DNA of 62,975 nucleotides, filler included, from Stramenopiles sp. TOSAG23-6 (GCA_900128565.1; 13 parts of 13 records of this genome joined end to end with filler, not necessarily neighbours in it), one strand, 5' to 3'; counted from the whole stretch's first letter, positions 49,959-61,782 are shown. The notes: generated from the letters alone by a model not told the origin. Translations and numbers: made by a program.

Positions 49959-50417
49959 TTACAGTTCTCCTTGAGATTGAGTAATATCCAGGGCTCTTTC
50001 CATAGATTCTGTTACCTGCTCTGGCGAGCTGTAGTAATAAAGAGCTTCAGCACGGGCTCCAAAATTTTCGACGTCAAGAAGTTTCATCGATGGGTCTGTA
50101 AATAGAATTCGCGGAAAGTACTTACCATCAGGCGAAAAACCTTTACGGTCCGTTAGACATTTATCGCCACACTTTATCATTACAAATGCTTGTGAAAGTC
50201 TTCTAACTTCTTGGTTATCATCTAAATCCGGGAGCAATTTTTGGCAAGCTTTGCACCACGACTTGGTCATGAGGACGAGAGCTGGCCGTTTAGTAGAGGC
50301 TGCAATTGAACTACCCTCCTCAAAACTATTGTACCAACGAATCGGCTCTGCAGTACAGGTAGAAACTATAAAGTGAATGATAAATGCTGTACTTAAAATG
50401 CTTCTTAATGAAAACAT
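49959..50417 (-). CDS. ER thioredoxin-fold protein (TXNDC12/AGR-like)
   Basis: Signal peptide, KSWCKAC, SPDGKYFPRILF and a C-terminal QGEL. Confidence 0.85.
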   Translation of the reverse strand: MFSLRSILSTAFIIHFIVSTCTAEPIRWYNSFEEGSSIAASTKRPALVLMTKSWCKACQKLLPDLDDNQEVRRLSQAFVMIKCGDKCLTDRKGFSPDGKYFPRILFTDPSMKLLDVENFGARAEALYYYSSPEQVTESMERALDITQSQGEL

Positions 50418-50628
50418 TTTCTACTTCTATAAAATTTAGTGAATTTATTTTGTCCTCAAAATAACCATTTTTGTTCCGTAACAAAACTTTGCATGATTTG
50501 AATCATTTGATTTTCGAAAAATTTTGGATTTCGTGCAACACCATGGAGTCAGTCTAGTGTCGATGTTACCTAACTTCTACTTACTAGACACAGACATGTA
50601 CTAATAACCAGGTGAACCAATCACGGAA

Positions 50629-52029
50629 ATGTCGGGCCCATCTATTGTAGCCCATACACAGCTCCATCGAAGTGATGTTGATAAAGATCAGGCACATCTG
50701 CTACGGAAGAAAGCCAAGAAAGCCAAGAAAGCCAAGAAAAAGAAAGCCAAGAAAGCCAAGAAAGCCAAGAAAGCCAAGAAAGTCAAGAAAGCCAAGAAGA
50801 TTGATTGCGGTGAAAGTGATGTAGTTACTGTTAGTGTGATACCTCCAGAAGAAGATAGAAGTAGGTTGCCACCAGAGGATTCAAAGAATATAGAAAACCG
50901 GGATTCTAGAATATGCGTTTCTGAACACAAATGGGGCGAGAAAGGTGAAAAGTTCAAGAGTGGTCGTTGGAGTACCAACGAACATAAAATTCTAACAGAA
51001 GAAATTGATTCTTTCGTAAAGGAACATAATATTGAGCTAACAGCTTTATTGAGTGTCGGGAAGTCAAAGCTAAAGCGCGCATGGTTAGATATTGCACGTT
51101 GTTTACCCAATCGCACTATAGATTCATGTTATTATCACGGTGAACGATATATCCATAATAGTGGTGTTCGCCAGAAGTGGACTGAAGACGAAATCAACGA
51201 TTTAGAACGATATGTTCAAATCCATGGAAGAAAATGGGTCAAAATTGGGAAGCTACTTGGACGTTATAACGTCGCATGTCGGGACAAATATCGTGATTTG
51301 AAGAGTCAAGGAACAAAACGACAAAAATGGTTTAGCAATCATGATGAACGACTTGTAAAATATGTACGGAAGTTTCATAGTGATGATGGGGTGAATAATT
51401 CTCTTCGCAAATATCCAATAAAGAACGTACACTGGGATAAAGTTGTACAGCATTTACATGATAGAGGTCGAAACCAAGCTAGGCATAGGTATTACAATGT
51501 TGTCCTTCCTAGATTAGTTGCAAAAAATACAAAAAATACAAAAAATACAAAAAATACACAAAATACACAAAACAGTAAAAAGTCTACTTCATATAATGGA
51601 TGGACTGATAAACAGGAACTAGCCCTAATTAATGCTATAGTAGAATCAGGAGCGGAGGACGAGTCCGAAATTCCCTGGGAGAATTTGCATCATGTATTAG
51701 AGAATTCCCCAGAAGATCGTTCTCTTATAAAGCCTCGCTTTACTCAGTGCGCTGCGCGTAATTTGAAATTAATGTGGAAGAAAATTCAAAGAAGAATTCC
51801 GAGTGCTGGATTGTTAAGTTTTAATGAGATTATTGAAACGTTAGTTGCTGATGTGAAGTGTACTGGGGCTAAAGAATCTGCTAAGAAGCATAGTGAAAAA
51901 GACGAAGATTTGAAACTTTTGTTACATTTAAGTTCAATCGAAGAACGCAAAGCGATTAAAAGAAAAAAGAAAGCGGCTAAAAAAGCTAAACGGAAACGGC
52001 GTAAAATCGAAGGACACTTAAAAATCTAA
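50629..52029 (+). CDS. Myb/SANT-repeat protein (Reb1/TTF1/DMTF1-like)
   Basis: KSGRWS..E and KWTEDE..HGRKWVKIG..LGR....CRDKYR, with further Myb repeats and a (KKA)n tract. Confidence 0.85.
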   Translation: MSGPSIVAHTQLHRSDVDKDQAHLLRKKAKKAKKAKKKKAKKAKKAKKAKKVKKAKKIDCGESDVVTVSVIPPEEDRSRLPPEDSKNIENRDSRICVSEHKWGEKGEKFKSGRWSTNEHKILTEEIDSFVKEHNIELTALLSVGKSKLKRAWLDIARCLPNRTIDSCYYHGERYIHNSGVRQKWTEDEINDLERYVQIHGRKWVKIGKLLGRYNVACRDKYRDLKSQGTKRQKWFSNHDERLVKYVRKFHSDDGVNNSLRKYPIKNVHWDKVVQHLHDRGRNQARHRYYNVVLPRLVAKNTKNTKNTKNTQNTQNSKKSTSYNGWTDKQELALINAIVESGAEDESEIPWENLHHVLENSPEDRSLIKPRFTQCAARNLKLMWKKIQRRIPSAGLLSFNEIIETLVADVKCTGAKESAKKHSEKDEDLKLLLHLSSIEERKAIKRKKKAAKKAKRKRRKIEGHLKI

Positions 52030-52346
52030 AAAAAAATGTTAGGTACAAAATTTCGTATGAAAAAAAAAAGCTAGAACAGCAAAAACAACTAAATAATCCT
52101 AGAAGGACCAAAATAGCAAAGAAATTTTGTAAATTTTTTTTTTTAAATTAAAAATTATAAAAGCAAATCCTTGGTAACCATTGGAATTATTTTGTATTTG
52201 GCTTAAATGACTAAATGACTATATAAATTACATTCATCATGTCTTTCCACAACAATTTCCTTTTGGTACGAACATTTTTTTTTTTTTAGTAAATTGTTTT
52301 TCATAGTAAATTTTGTACCTAACAAAAAAAATCAAAACAACAGGTA

Positions 52347-53211
52347 TTACTTAACACCAGGTTTTGTATTTGGTCGATTTTGATTGATGAGATTTTCAAG
52401 ATCGTCCACGGTAGAAATGCCATGAGCAGACTTTGCAATTTTACGTGATGCTTCAAAAGCATTTGACACCCGAGTTTTATCGGCTTCTAGCTCAGTCATA
52501 TGAGATTCGAGTCTCTCACTGATGTCATCAATGAGTTTCGCACAAGCAGTTGCACCTGTATGATGAAAAAATATTTCAAAAAAAAAATAAAAATTTGTTA
52601 GGTACAAAATTTCCTATGAAAAAAAAATTCGATTTTTTTGTAAAAAAAAAAATAAAACACACCTGTACCCCCGAGGGAATTATAGCTCATCATTACTGAA
52701 TATGGATCAAGAACTTTTTTCACCTTTTCTTCATCAGCATCAATACCTTCGTTTTTCAAATGTTCCATAACAGCGTTTATGTCAGTTAAATTTCTTCCCG
52801 ATCGAGTTAATTTTCCAACAAGGGAACCAACAATGTATTCTGGAAAAATATTTCAAAAAAAAAAAAAAATCGTTAGGTACAAAATTTCGTACGAAAAAAA
52901 AAATCAAAATTAAAAAAAATAAAACATACACGTTGTACCTCGAGATATTATCATTGCACCACCATTATTTGGCATTTCTAGACAAGTTGGTCTATCATCA
53001 CCAACACCTCCACCATTTGGTAATGGAGAACTACACAAAATATTATTGTCAGAATCTTTAGGGTTAGGGTTACTGTCTGAATCTTTAGGGTTAACGTTAA
53101 CGTGTACTGCATTATGACTAGACTTGGGATTGCGCAATAAACTTTTATCTATTGCCATTAATTCAACTGAATTTCCCGCAGTTACAGCAAACGTACCATC
53201 TGAAGACATAC
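52347..53211 (-). CDS. Hypothetical protein, last three exons
   Basis: Open exons separated by family introns ~52833-52931 (5' boundary ambiguous by 2 nt) and 52556-52662 (GT..AG). Confidence 0.55.
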
Positions 53212-53427
53212 ATGCATTGTAGGAAAAAAAAAATTTCAAAAATTTGTTAGGTACAAAATTTCGTATGAAAAATTAAAATTTCAAAAAAAAAAAATTAAAT
53301 NNNNNNNNNNNNNNNNNNNNNNNNNNNNNNNNNNNNNNNNNNNNTTAATTAATTAANNNNNNNNNNNNNNNNNNNNNNNNNNNNNNNNNNNNNNNNNNNN
53401 AATTTTGATAATAATATCAAATTATCA

Positions 53428-53646
53428 ATGGTAATGTTTGTGGGTGAAGTGACTTGGATTCCTGGGTATTGGATTGGTGTTGCATTAGACGAACCTCTAG
53501 GCAAAAATGACGGACGTGGTCCTGATGGAAAAAAATATTTTGAAGCAATGCGGAAATGTGGTGTATTCAAGCGACCTCAAAATGTTCTAGTGGGTGATTA
53601 TCCTGAGGAAGAGATTAATTTTGACACATCTGAAGAAGAGTTGTAA
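53428..53646 (+). CDS. TBCB: Tubulin-folding cofactor B, C-terminal CAP-Gly domain, partial
   Basis: WIGVALDEPLGKNDG..YF....GVF.RP..V.VGDYPEE followed by an acidic tail. Confidence 0.8.
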   Translation: MVMFVGEVTWIPGYWIGVALDEPLGKNDGRGPDGKKYFEAMRKCGVFKRPQNVLVGDYPEEEINFDTSEEEL

Positions 53647-53802
53647 TAAAATTTGATTTTTCTTGAAGTACAAAATTTTCTACAAAACAAAATTGAAATT
53701 TGAAAAAAAATATAGTACTTTTTGTTTCATTAACAATATCTTTTTACTTTTACATTTTATTTTCTTTACATTAATAGTATGACAAAATATTTATGTTCCA
53801 AA

Positions 53803-54744
53803 TTACGGGGCAGAAGGATCAACCCAACCTTTTGTTGGATCCATTTGCGCAACTTTAAACTGTCGTTCTAATTCGCGTTGTTGTTCGTATGGGCAGTCAA
53901 ATGTTATTTTTTTGCCATGCGCATCCACCAGTGTAGGCGAAAGCGCACGCATATCATCAGAGAGATTAATCTGCTGTTGCCACGTTTTTTCAGCATCCGA
54001 CTGAAGGAGTTCTTTGAATGCATTTCGATCAGTTCCAATGAATCCTGAATTATTTGAAGACTTCTTTTTACCATCTAACTGATCTCGTATAAGCATGTTA
54101 TGATTCAGTGACTTACATCGTAGTGCAAGAAAGCGATCATCAGCCATCTGAATGTATGAAAAGTCAGATATTGGAGCTATGACTGGCTTTGCTAACATTC
54201 CAAAAGGTAAATGGCGAATAACTTTGAGCTGTTTTCCCTCTAAAAGTTCCATGGAATGGACAGACTGTCGGGCTAGGAAACCACCAGAGACGCATGTCAT
54301 TGTTCCAATTGCTAAACCAGAAAGAATCATGAGCTGATGATACCACTGACGATCCATAAAGGGGAGCATCAGATATTCATAACCTAGATAACCCCAAATT
54401 CCCCAAAAGGTGGAGGCAAACACACTTGCAGAGACCAACAGACCTCTCTGATCAGACTTATAAAATAACCGCGATTCTTCGGAAGGTGATAACTTTAATT
54501 CACGGAGAGATTTTCGCTTTTGAATCATATCTAAGCTCCATCTTTGGGGTTTCTTTTTCTTTGCTACGATAGTAGTGCTACTCTCAATATGGTCTTTTTC
54601 AAATGACTTTGGACTTGTAAAGAAACTCACATTCCGATATTGAAAATATTTTGATGGAAAAGAAACAAATGCTTGAGATTTCGTCAACTTAGACAAAGTT
54701 AGTGTTCTACACATTATGCTTGAAGTATGAGCAACTTTCAACAT
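53803..54744 (-). CDS. Putative mitochondrial two-TM protein (TMEM70/186/223-like)
   Basis: 313-aa ORF with a presequence-like N-terminus and two hydrophobic helices; family tentative. Confidence 0.5.
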   Translation of the reverse strand: MLKVAHTSSIMCRTLTLSKLTKSQAFVSFPSKYFQYRNVSFFTSPKSFEKDHIESSTTIVAKKKKPQRWSLDMIQKRKSLRELKLSPSEESRLFYKSDQRGLLVSASVFASTFWGIWGYLGYEYLMLPFMDRQWYHQLMILSGLAIGTMTCVSGGFLARQSVHSMELLEGKQLKVIRHLPFGMLAKPVIAPISDFSYIQMADDRFLALRCKSLNHNMLIRDQLDGKKKSSNNSGFIGTDRNAFKELLQSDAEKTWQQQINLSDDMRALSPTLVDAHGKKITFDCPYEQQRELERQFKVAQMDPTKGWVDPSAP

Positions 54745-55113
54745 ACTTTATAAACACAATAATCTAATTAATGATGGTTACTTGCTAAATAGTAATATCG
54801 GGGTTATAGTACGTAGTAGTAGTAGTAGCTTTGCAACTTAAGAGAGTGTTTTACTTCTACTCAAGACTAATGAAATGAAGAGCTAAATTATTTGACAATT
54901 TGTATTTGTTCATGTTTCTGTCATGTCAAAAAACACGAAAAAGAAAATACACGAAAAAGAAAAAAAACGAAAAAACGAAGAAATTTCTGCATGACCAGTA
55001 AGTCGAAATTTATACTATCAATCAACCCACAAACATTACCATTGATAATTTGATATTATTATCAAAATTGTGAATCCGTCAGGTACAAATTAACAAACAA
55101 TACAGTAATCGGC

Positions 55114-57461
55114 ATGGATGAAGATACCAAATTGGATGACATTGCTAAATCAGGAGCGGTTCAAATTATTTCCATTGACATAGAAAATGAAACTGTGGAA
55201 CTTCACGAGGAAGCTCTCAAAACTATTTTGGGCAGAATTCCGGAAGAAACACCAGTTTCAGTTATCAGCGTCGTAGGTGCGTTTCGTATGGGTAAATCGT
55301 TCATGCTTGATTTAATGTTACGTTACTTGAAGAATACTTCGATCCTTGCCGATAATGGTAGTTTTGAACTACGTCAAACAGAAACTGCTAATGAAACGAA
55401 CCTCAGTGACGATGAAGGTTGGATCAGTTTAGACACACCACTAGAAGGGAACGAAAGACAGGGTCAAGGACACACTGGTTTTTCCTGGCGTTCTGGTAAA
55501 GATCGTATGACTACAGGAATATGGATGTGGCCACAGCATTTTATTCGTACATTGTCCTCTGGGAAAGAAGTAGCCGTTTTATTAATGGATACACAAGGTA
55601 TGTTTGATGGTCGTACTTCCCAAATGTTAACAGCGGCAATATTTGGAATTAGTACTTTGCTATCTTCTTATCAAATCTATAATGTCAGTCGTCAAATACA
55701 AGAAGATAACTTACAACATCTCGCTTTATTTGCCGAGTATGGACGGCTCGCGTTAGTCGGGGAGCAAAAAGCTCATGAGGAAATTCTCAAAAGACCTGCA
55801 AAAAAAAGCATGTATGTTGTCATCATGAATTTCGAATTTATTTTATTTTTTCAAAACAATTTCATACCTAACAATGTTAAGTTTTGAAAACACACATTTA
55901 CACAATACATGTCCAGTGGAGGAACTGATACTTCTAGCTCTACATCATCTAATAATGATGATAAGAAAAAATCTGCACAGGAAAATAGAAAAGAAAAACA
56001 AAAAGAACAAAAAGAACAAAATGAACAAAATGAACAAAATGAATCGGCACCTTTTCAACGATTGGATTTTGTAGTTCGCGATTGGCAAAATTTTGAGGAT
56101 GAAGATGAAACCGATGAAATGCTGCAATCAATGCCGGGTTATCTAACTCAAATGGTATCGGCACATCACAATGAAAAAGCTTTGAGTGATCTAAATGATA
56201 CTAGAACCCAAATTTATGCATGCTTCAAAAATGTGGGTTGTTTTTTACTCCCTCATCCTGGTTTTGCCGTAACTCGTAAAGATTATGCGGGGAATATGGC
56301 AGATATTAGAGAACCTTTCTTACGAATGTACGTTGTCATTCTCTTAATGTCTTACTGTTAACGTAAAAAATGTAGTTATTTTTTTTTTGGTAGAACATTT
56401 TTTTTTGAAATAATTTTTTTTTTGAATATTTTTTCACAAAACATGGTGGATATATATTTAAAACGTATTTTTAAAGAACATTTAGAGCCAAAAATTATTA
56501 ATAATCTTGCATTAAATGGTTCACGTATGTTTATATGAATTTCTAATTTAATATTTTTTTCATACGAAATTTTGTACCTTGTTTAGATATGCTAAAGGCT
56601 ATGTTTCACTATTTCGCGAAGCAAAAATTTTTCCAGAAGCAAAAACACTTCTTGCAGCGACAGCTTGTACGTTTTCAATCATTCATTTCAAATTTATTTT
56701 TTTTCATATGAAATTTCATACCTAAAATATTTTTTTTTTTTAGTTTTTATCATGCACGTTTATTTATTCAATTTAAAAAAAAAAATAATACCTATTTCTC
56801 TGCTTTCGAATGGTTTCAATGACTATTATTTCATGTTTTCATGTGTAATGACACACCTAACAAAAAAAATCAAATGTTTGAAATATTTTTTTACTATATA
56901 TATGCTGCAAACTTAAATGCAAAAGAAGCAGGATTTAAACGGTATAGAATGACAATGAATACTCGTTGCTCAGCTTCTATGGAATATGTAGGACCTGCAG
57001 ATTTAGAGCAACTTCATAAAAAGTCAACACAATTAGCTCTTGACAGCTTCAACGAAATCGCAACTGTTGGCAATGCACTTGAAATTGATAAATTCAGAAC
57101 GTCATTGATGGATGAAATATTGAAACAATTTCAGGAATATCAACAACAAAATTCCAACAAAGATCCCTTCAAAAATGTGGAATACTTTATTATTCCTCTA
57201 TTCATTGCCTTTGTAGCATATTTTGGACGTATTTTTAGTGATTTGACTTGTTATGAAGCAGAAACCAAATCATTTGACTTTGAATATGCAGATGTTTGCA
57301 ATCGAGCTTCAATATACTTTGGATATGTTCAATGGGCAATTATTTTTTTTGTTCTTGCTGGATTTCTCTCATCATCTGCCGTTGCTCTTTCACAACTTAA
57401 AATGATTTTTAACATGTTGAGTGGTGCATCCGTCCTTGCAGCCAATGCGAATTCGAAATAA
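55114..57461 (+). CDS. ATL: Atlastin-like GTPase; 5 exons
   Basis: GAFRMGKSF, TTGIWMW, LMDTQG, VRDW, LPHPG and a C-terminal TM pair. Introns at 55812-55910, 56328-56444, 56525-~56579 (truncated) and 56667-56901. Confidence 0.9.
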
Positions 57462-57851
57462 ATTTTATGGAGTCTGACAAAATGTAAAAGACTTTATAAT
57501 GAGCTTTATAATAAATTCTATAAAGAATTCACTACACCAATTTCGAATTTGTTGTTTTCATTTTCACTTGCTACATTTTTTTTGTATTACTTATTACTAT
57601 GTTTGGTTTTCACACCTTTATTACGTACGAAGTAGGTGAAGTATATTTTTATGTACTATGTTAGGTAATCTACACGCTACAGGGTATCCCTGGAGCTGCA
57701 AATAAAGTGAACGTATTAATTATCGAGAAAATTTATTCGAATAAAGAGAAAAAAAATACAATATTGAATATCCTGTTTTTTTTGTGTAATACTGCTTACA
57801 ATATACATGACATATGGCATTGTGAACATCATACATATGCTACAGTGAAAG

Positions 57852-58138
57852 TCAAAAGTGATTTTTTTTTAAACCTGATGATATAATGCGACACTCTTTT
57901 TTGTGTATACTCCAATGTGTTTTTTGACACTTCTTTGAACAATACCACGCACATTTACACCCAGTACAAAAGAATAATTTAGTATTTTTGTCAACTTTAC
58001 CACAATTCACACATTTTGAGTTGTGACGTTTTATTATGTCGTTTTTTAGTGCCTCATCTGTTGTATCTGTTATCTGCTTTTTTGCTTTCTTGATCAACTC
58101 TGCTCCTGTTTTATAACATTTAGTGACACCCAGACCCT
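57852..58138 (-). CDS. MYND zinc-finger protein, 3' end
   Basis: CVNC...CTGC....YCSKKCQKTHWSIHKKEC. Confidence 0.88.
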
Positions 58139-58286
58139 NNNNNNNNNNNNNNNNNNNNNNNNNNNNNNNNNNNNNNNNNNNNTTAATTAATTAANNNNNN
58201 NNNNNNNNNNNNNNNNNNNNNNNNNNNNNNNNNNNNNNAAAAAAAAAATTTTGGTAAAAAAATTCTTAAAAAATTTAAAAAAAAAA

Positions 58287-58318
<32 letters not shown>

Positions 58319-58541
58319 CAACGCACTTGAATGATATAAAAATCCCATAATTGAAACAGTGTTGATATTTTGTACAAATACGTCAATGTGTTTTTGTTGT
58401 TGTTAGATTTTAGAATTATTTATAAAAACGAATCAGTTATTCAAATCATAAAAAAAATTGAAAAAGTAAAAAAATAAATTTAAAAAAAAAATTGAAAAAA
58501 AAAAAAAATTAGGGTTAGGGTTTAAAAAAAAATTAAACTAC

Positions 58542-60083
58542 GTCAAGTGGTGTCGAATGCGATAATAAAGTCAATAACCAAGGTGTTGCATATAGCTCTG
58601 GTACCATATCTTCATTAATTAATTTCTTGGCTAATATAGGATTATGAAATTGAAGAAGTAATTGAAACAAATGTAGTTGACATTGTAAACTAATAAAATC
58701 ATTTTTTGTGTTTTTCGTGTTTTTTGTATTTTTTGTATTTTTCGTGTTTTTTGTATTATTATCATCATAATTTGAAAATGAGTGAGGCAAAAATTTCTTT
58801 GAAAATGAGGAAAAAAGTTGAAAACAAATACCAGCATTTAATTTGTCCATTAATTCTACATCATACTTTTGTGGTTCATTTACATACCATTGTATATCTT
58901 CATCAAATAATTCGTTAGGTACAGAATTTCGTACGAAAAAAATACTACCATTATCAAGAGTTTGGTTTCGTTTTTGTGTTTTACAATATACATTTGATAA
59001 TGTTTTTTCATTTTTTTCATTTTTTTCATTTATACTATTAGTGATTCCAGTTCTTGATACATCATGTATCTTATGTACACTTTTATTTCTATGTAACTCA
59101 TCATGTGTAGTAGCATGTATTTTGAAAAAATATTTCAAAAAAAATCTAAAATATTTGTTAGGTACAAAATTTCGTATGAAAAAAAACACTTAAATTTGAA
59201 ATTATGTACACTTTCATTTTTTTTTTTATTCATATTGTGTTTACTATTTCCATTTATCGTATCTGTTTTATTTATATTACAAATTGATAAATACACAAAG
59301 GGAGCCAATACTTCGTTCACGTATTATGGGAAAAAAAAAAATTGAAAATTTGTTAGGTACAAAATGTACTACAAAAAAAAAAAAAAAAAAAAAAACTAAA
59401 TTTGAAATTCGAAATTGAAAACATGCATACCTTGCTTATATCTTGAGTTTTGAATGGCACAATTAAAATGTAATAAGTGATATAAAACTCGTTTTGTGGA
59501 ATTTTTTTTAAATTCATGTATTTNGTAAAANTATTNCAAAAAAAANCTAAAAAAAAANGTTAGGTACAAATTTTCGTACGAAAAAAAAAATAAATTCGAA
59601 ATTGAAAAAAAAATAAAAAGATACATCAATATCACCTCTAGTTCGTTCTATGTCAACACGGATAATACGATGATTAAAGCTTTCTTTATACTTTGTGTAT
59701 ACAATTTCTTTGTGGAGCGATTGTACAATTTGTGTTGTTTCAGAATTTGTTGTAGGGTTAGGGTTTTTGGTTTTGAAATTATTTTCTTTTATTTTTTTAT
59801 TTTCAGAATGTTCAGTACCAAAATTTTTGTTTGAAGACATCGAAGAGACTTGAAGCAAAATGCACCATACAGTAAAACGAATATAACCTGGAATTTCTCC
59901 ACCTAATGATTTACATAGATGACGAACTACATTAGGTCTAGGTGGGCTGGTGGGGGAAAACACTTCGTCATGAAGTTTTGCGATATATTTTTGACGTAGA
60001 CTGTGTGCATCGTCCTGCAAAGTATTTGACAATACAGTAGGTATCACTGGTACATCTTTATCTGTATCATGGGTGGGTTTCAT
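58542..60083 (-). CDS. TBC-domain Rab GTPase-activating protein; 3' partial
   Basis: IRVDIERT, YKQGMNEVLAPF and LLQFHNP..LYATPWLLTL. Introns at 59516-59624, 59319-59426 and 59115-59209. Confidence 0.88.
59319..59426 (-). other. Family intron, GC..GT, 108 nt
   Basis: CAA GGT AT|GCATG...TAATACGT|G AAC GAA rebuilds the TBC motif YKQGMNE. Confidence 0.8.
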
Positions 60084-60638
60084 TAGATTCAACAGGAAGA
60101 CATATACAACAGTTACTAAAGCCTATATACAGGGTTCAAGAAATCAGATTGTTCAAAATCTTCAAATAGTAAAACATTGACAGAACGAGAGAGTTAAAAT
60201 AAAGTCTTTGTACTCCTTTTCAATTTGAAAGATATGGAACACTACACAATTATCTGTTAGTAATATATACTATAAGCCTTTTGTAAAGTGAATACAAAAA
60301 TTATTAAGTAATCTTATTTTAAATTTCCTTGCGTAAAATGTTTGACTTTGTATTTTGGTACGATTTTTTTTTTTTTTTTTTTTTGAAAGACGAGTCGGAG
60401 TCTGACGATTTTTTGAAATCACACGAGATCGAGATGGATTTGAGATTTGAGATTCTTCAATTTCAAATTTATAATTTCAATTTCCAATTTATTGGAAGAC
60501 AAGACGTCGGTTAAAAGTTGAGTGCCGTATCTTCATCATCAAAAAAGAAGAGTTGTGGGAATAAAACGAATCCAAGCTATACGTTAACAAAGCTTCGAGA
60601 GTACAATTGGAGACGTAGTACTTTCAAACATATTCAAA

Positions 60639-61541
60639 ATGGTACATGTAAACAAAGTTTTAAAATGCATGTTTCTAAGCGGTTTAGGAATAACACAAAT
60701 AAGAGCTGTTCGTTTAGGAGCAATTGATCCACTCACCGGGCAGAATCCAAACGAAGGCAAACCCAGAGAGACTCCTAGAGAGCAAGCACTCCAAGGCCAA
60801 ATTAAATATTTGACAGAGGAAAAAGCCCAATTACTTAAAGAAAAGATTGCTGCCGAAAAAAGCAAGGAATCACTTTGCAGGGCACTCACTGAATCGCAGT
60901 TTTTGGAACTTCCCATGGTAAAACGGCAAAAAGAAGACGCTGACCGGATGAACAAATATATTGTTACATTACATAAACCGTATACGCAACAAAAAGGTGA
61001 CTCAGCAATCGATCAGGCAACGTATAATACAATTGTTCTTGGTATTAAAAAAGAGTGTAAGTTGCCTGTGGCAGCAGCACGAACTCAAAATGCATTTGAT
61101 GCTGCTGCGACAGTGTCATACGATAAACATAAAGATAGTGCACTCCAAATGGCGAAGGATTATTATATGTGGAAAGAGTGTTGTCGAATATGCCAAGCTT
61201 ATCATCATTGGAAGTTTATTGGAGGAAGTGCTGCATGTCATACGGGAAATTATGATGAATTAAGAAAATGTAGGGACAAAGCTAAAGCAGATCATTGGTA
61301 CACTGCTAGTTATGACAGCTGTCCAGAGTCGCGAGGTCAACAAATGGATCCAAAATTTAACAAGTATTGGCCTGGCTACCACGGGAACCTTTCTGATCAA
61401 CATGGTGGTTTAGGTTGTGACGATCAAGCAAGGAGATACCCGAATTTAAATCTCGACCCAGACGCTGCTCGATATTCTGATATACCACGACAATATCAAG
61501 TTACAGGAGCACACGGATGGAATAATGCATCCTGTCCATAG
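60639..61541 (+). CDS. Hypothetical secreted Cys-containing protein
   Basis: 300-aa intronless ORF with a signal-peptide-like N-terminus. Confidence 0.6.
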   Translation: MVHVNKVLKCMFLSGLGITQIRAVRLGAIDPLTGQNPNEGKPRETPREQALQGQIKYLTEEKAQLLKEKIAAEKSKESLCRALTESQFLELPMVKRQKEDADRMNKYIVTLHKPYTQQKGDSAIDQATYNTIVLGIKKECKLPVAAARTQNAFDAAATVSYDKHKDSALQMAKDYYMWKECCRICQAYHHWKFIGGSAACHTGNYDELRKCRDKAKADHWYTASYDSCPESRGQQMDPKFNKYWPGYHGNLSDQHGGLGCDDQARRYPNLNLDPDAARYSDIPRQYQVTGAHGWNNASCP

Positions 61542-61778
61542 ATGCTATACTATATACTATATAAAAACTTCCTCTGATTGGCGTATCAATAGATTCGTAC
61601 CTTTTTTTGCAAGTACTGTATTGTAATGAAACAAAAATAAAGAATTTTGTTTTTCCTAAAAAAATACAAAGATACTTCCATATTTCTTTTTTTTTAATTA
61701 TCTTGGTAGAATGCTACAATAATGTCAACCATATGTATGAGTTATCGCAAATATTTGAAACCGCGCACCTACTACATC

Positions 61779-61782
<4 letters not shown>

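Noticed and set aside
53401-55069. ~45-bp inverted repeat (53401-53445 / ~55025-55069) as transposon TIRs
   Set aside because: One arm is at the contig edge and overlaps the TBCB exon, there is no transposase between the arms, and an inversion chimera is more likely.
1046-59624. Alternative genetic code or mass pseudogenisation as the cause of the broken ORFs
   Set aside because: The stops and frameshifts I traced fall inside the repeated inserts, and the exons are intact under the standard code.
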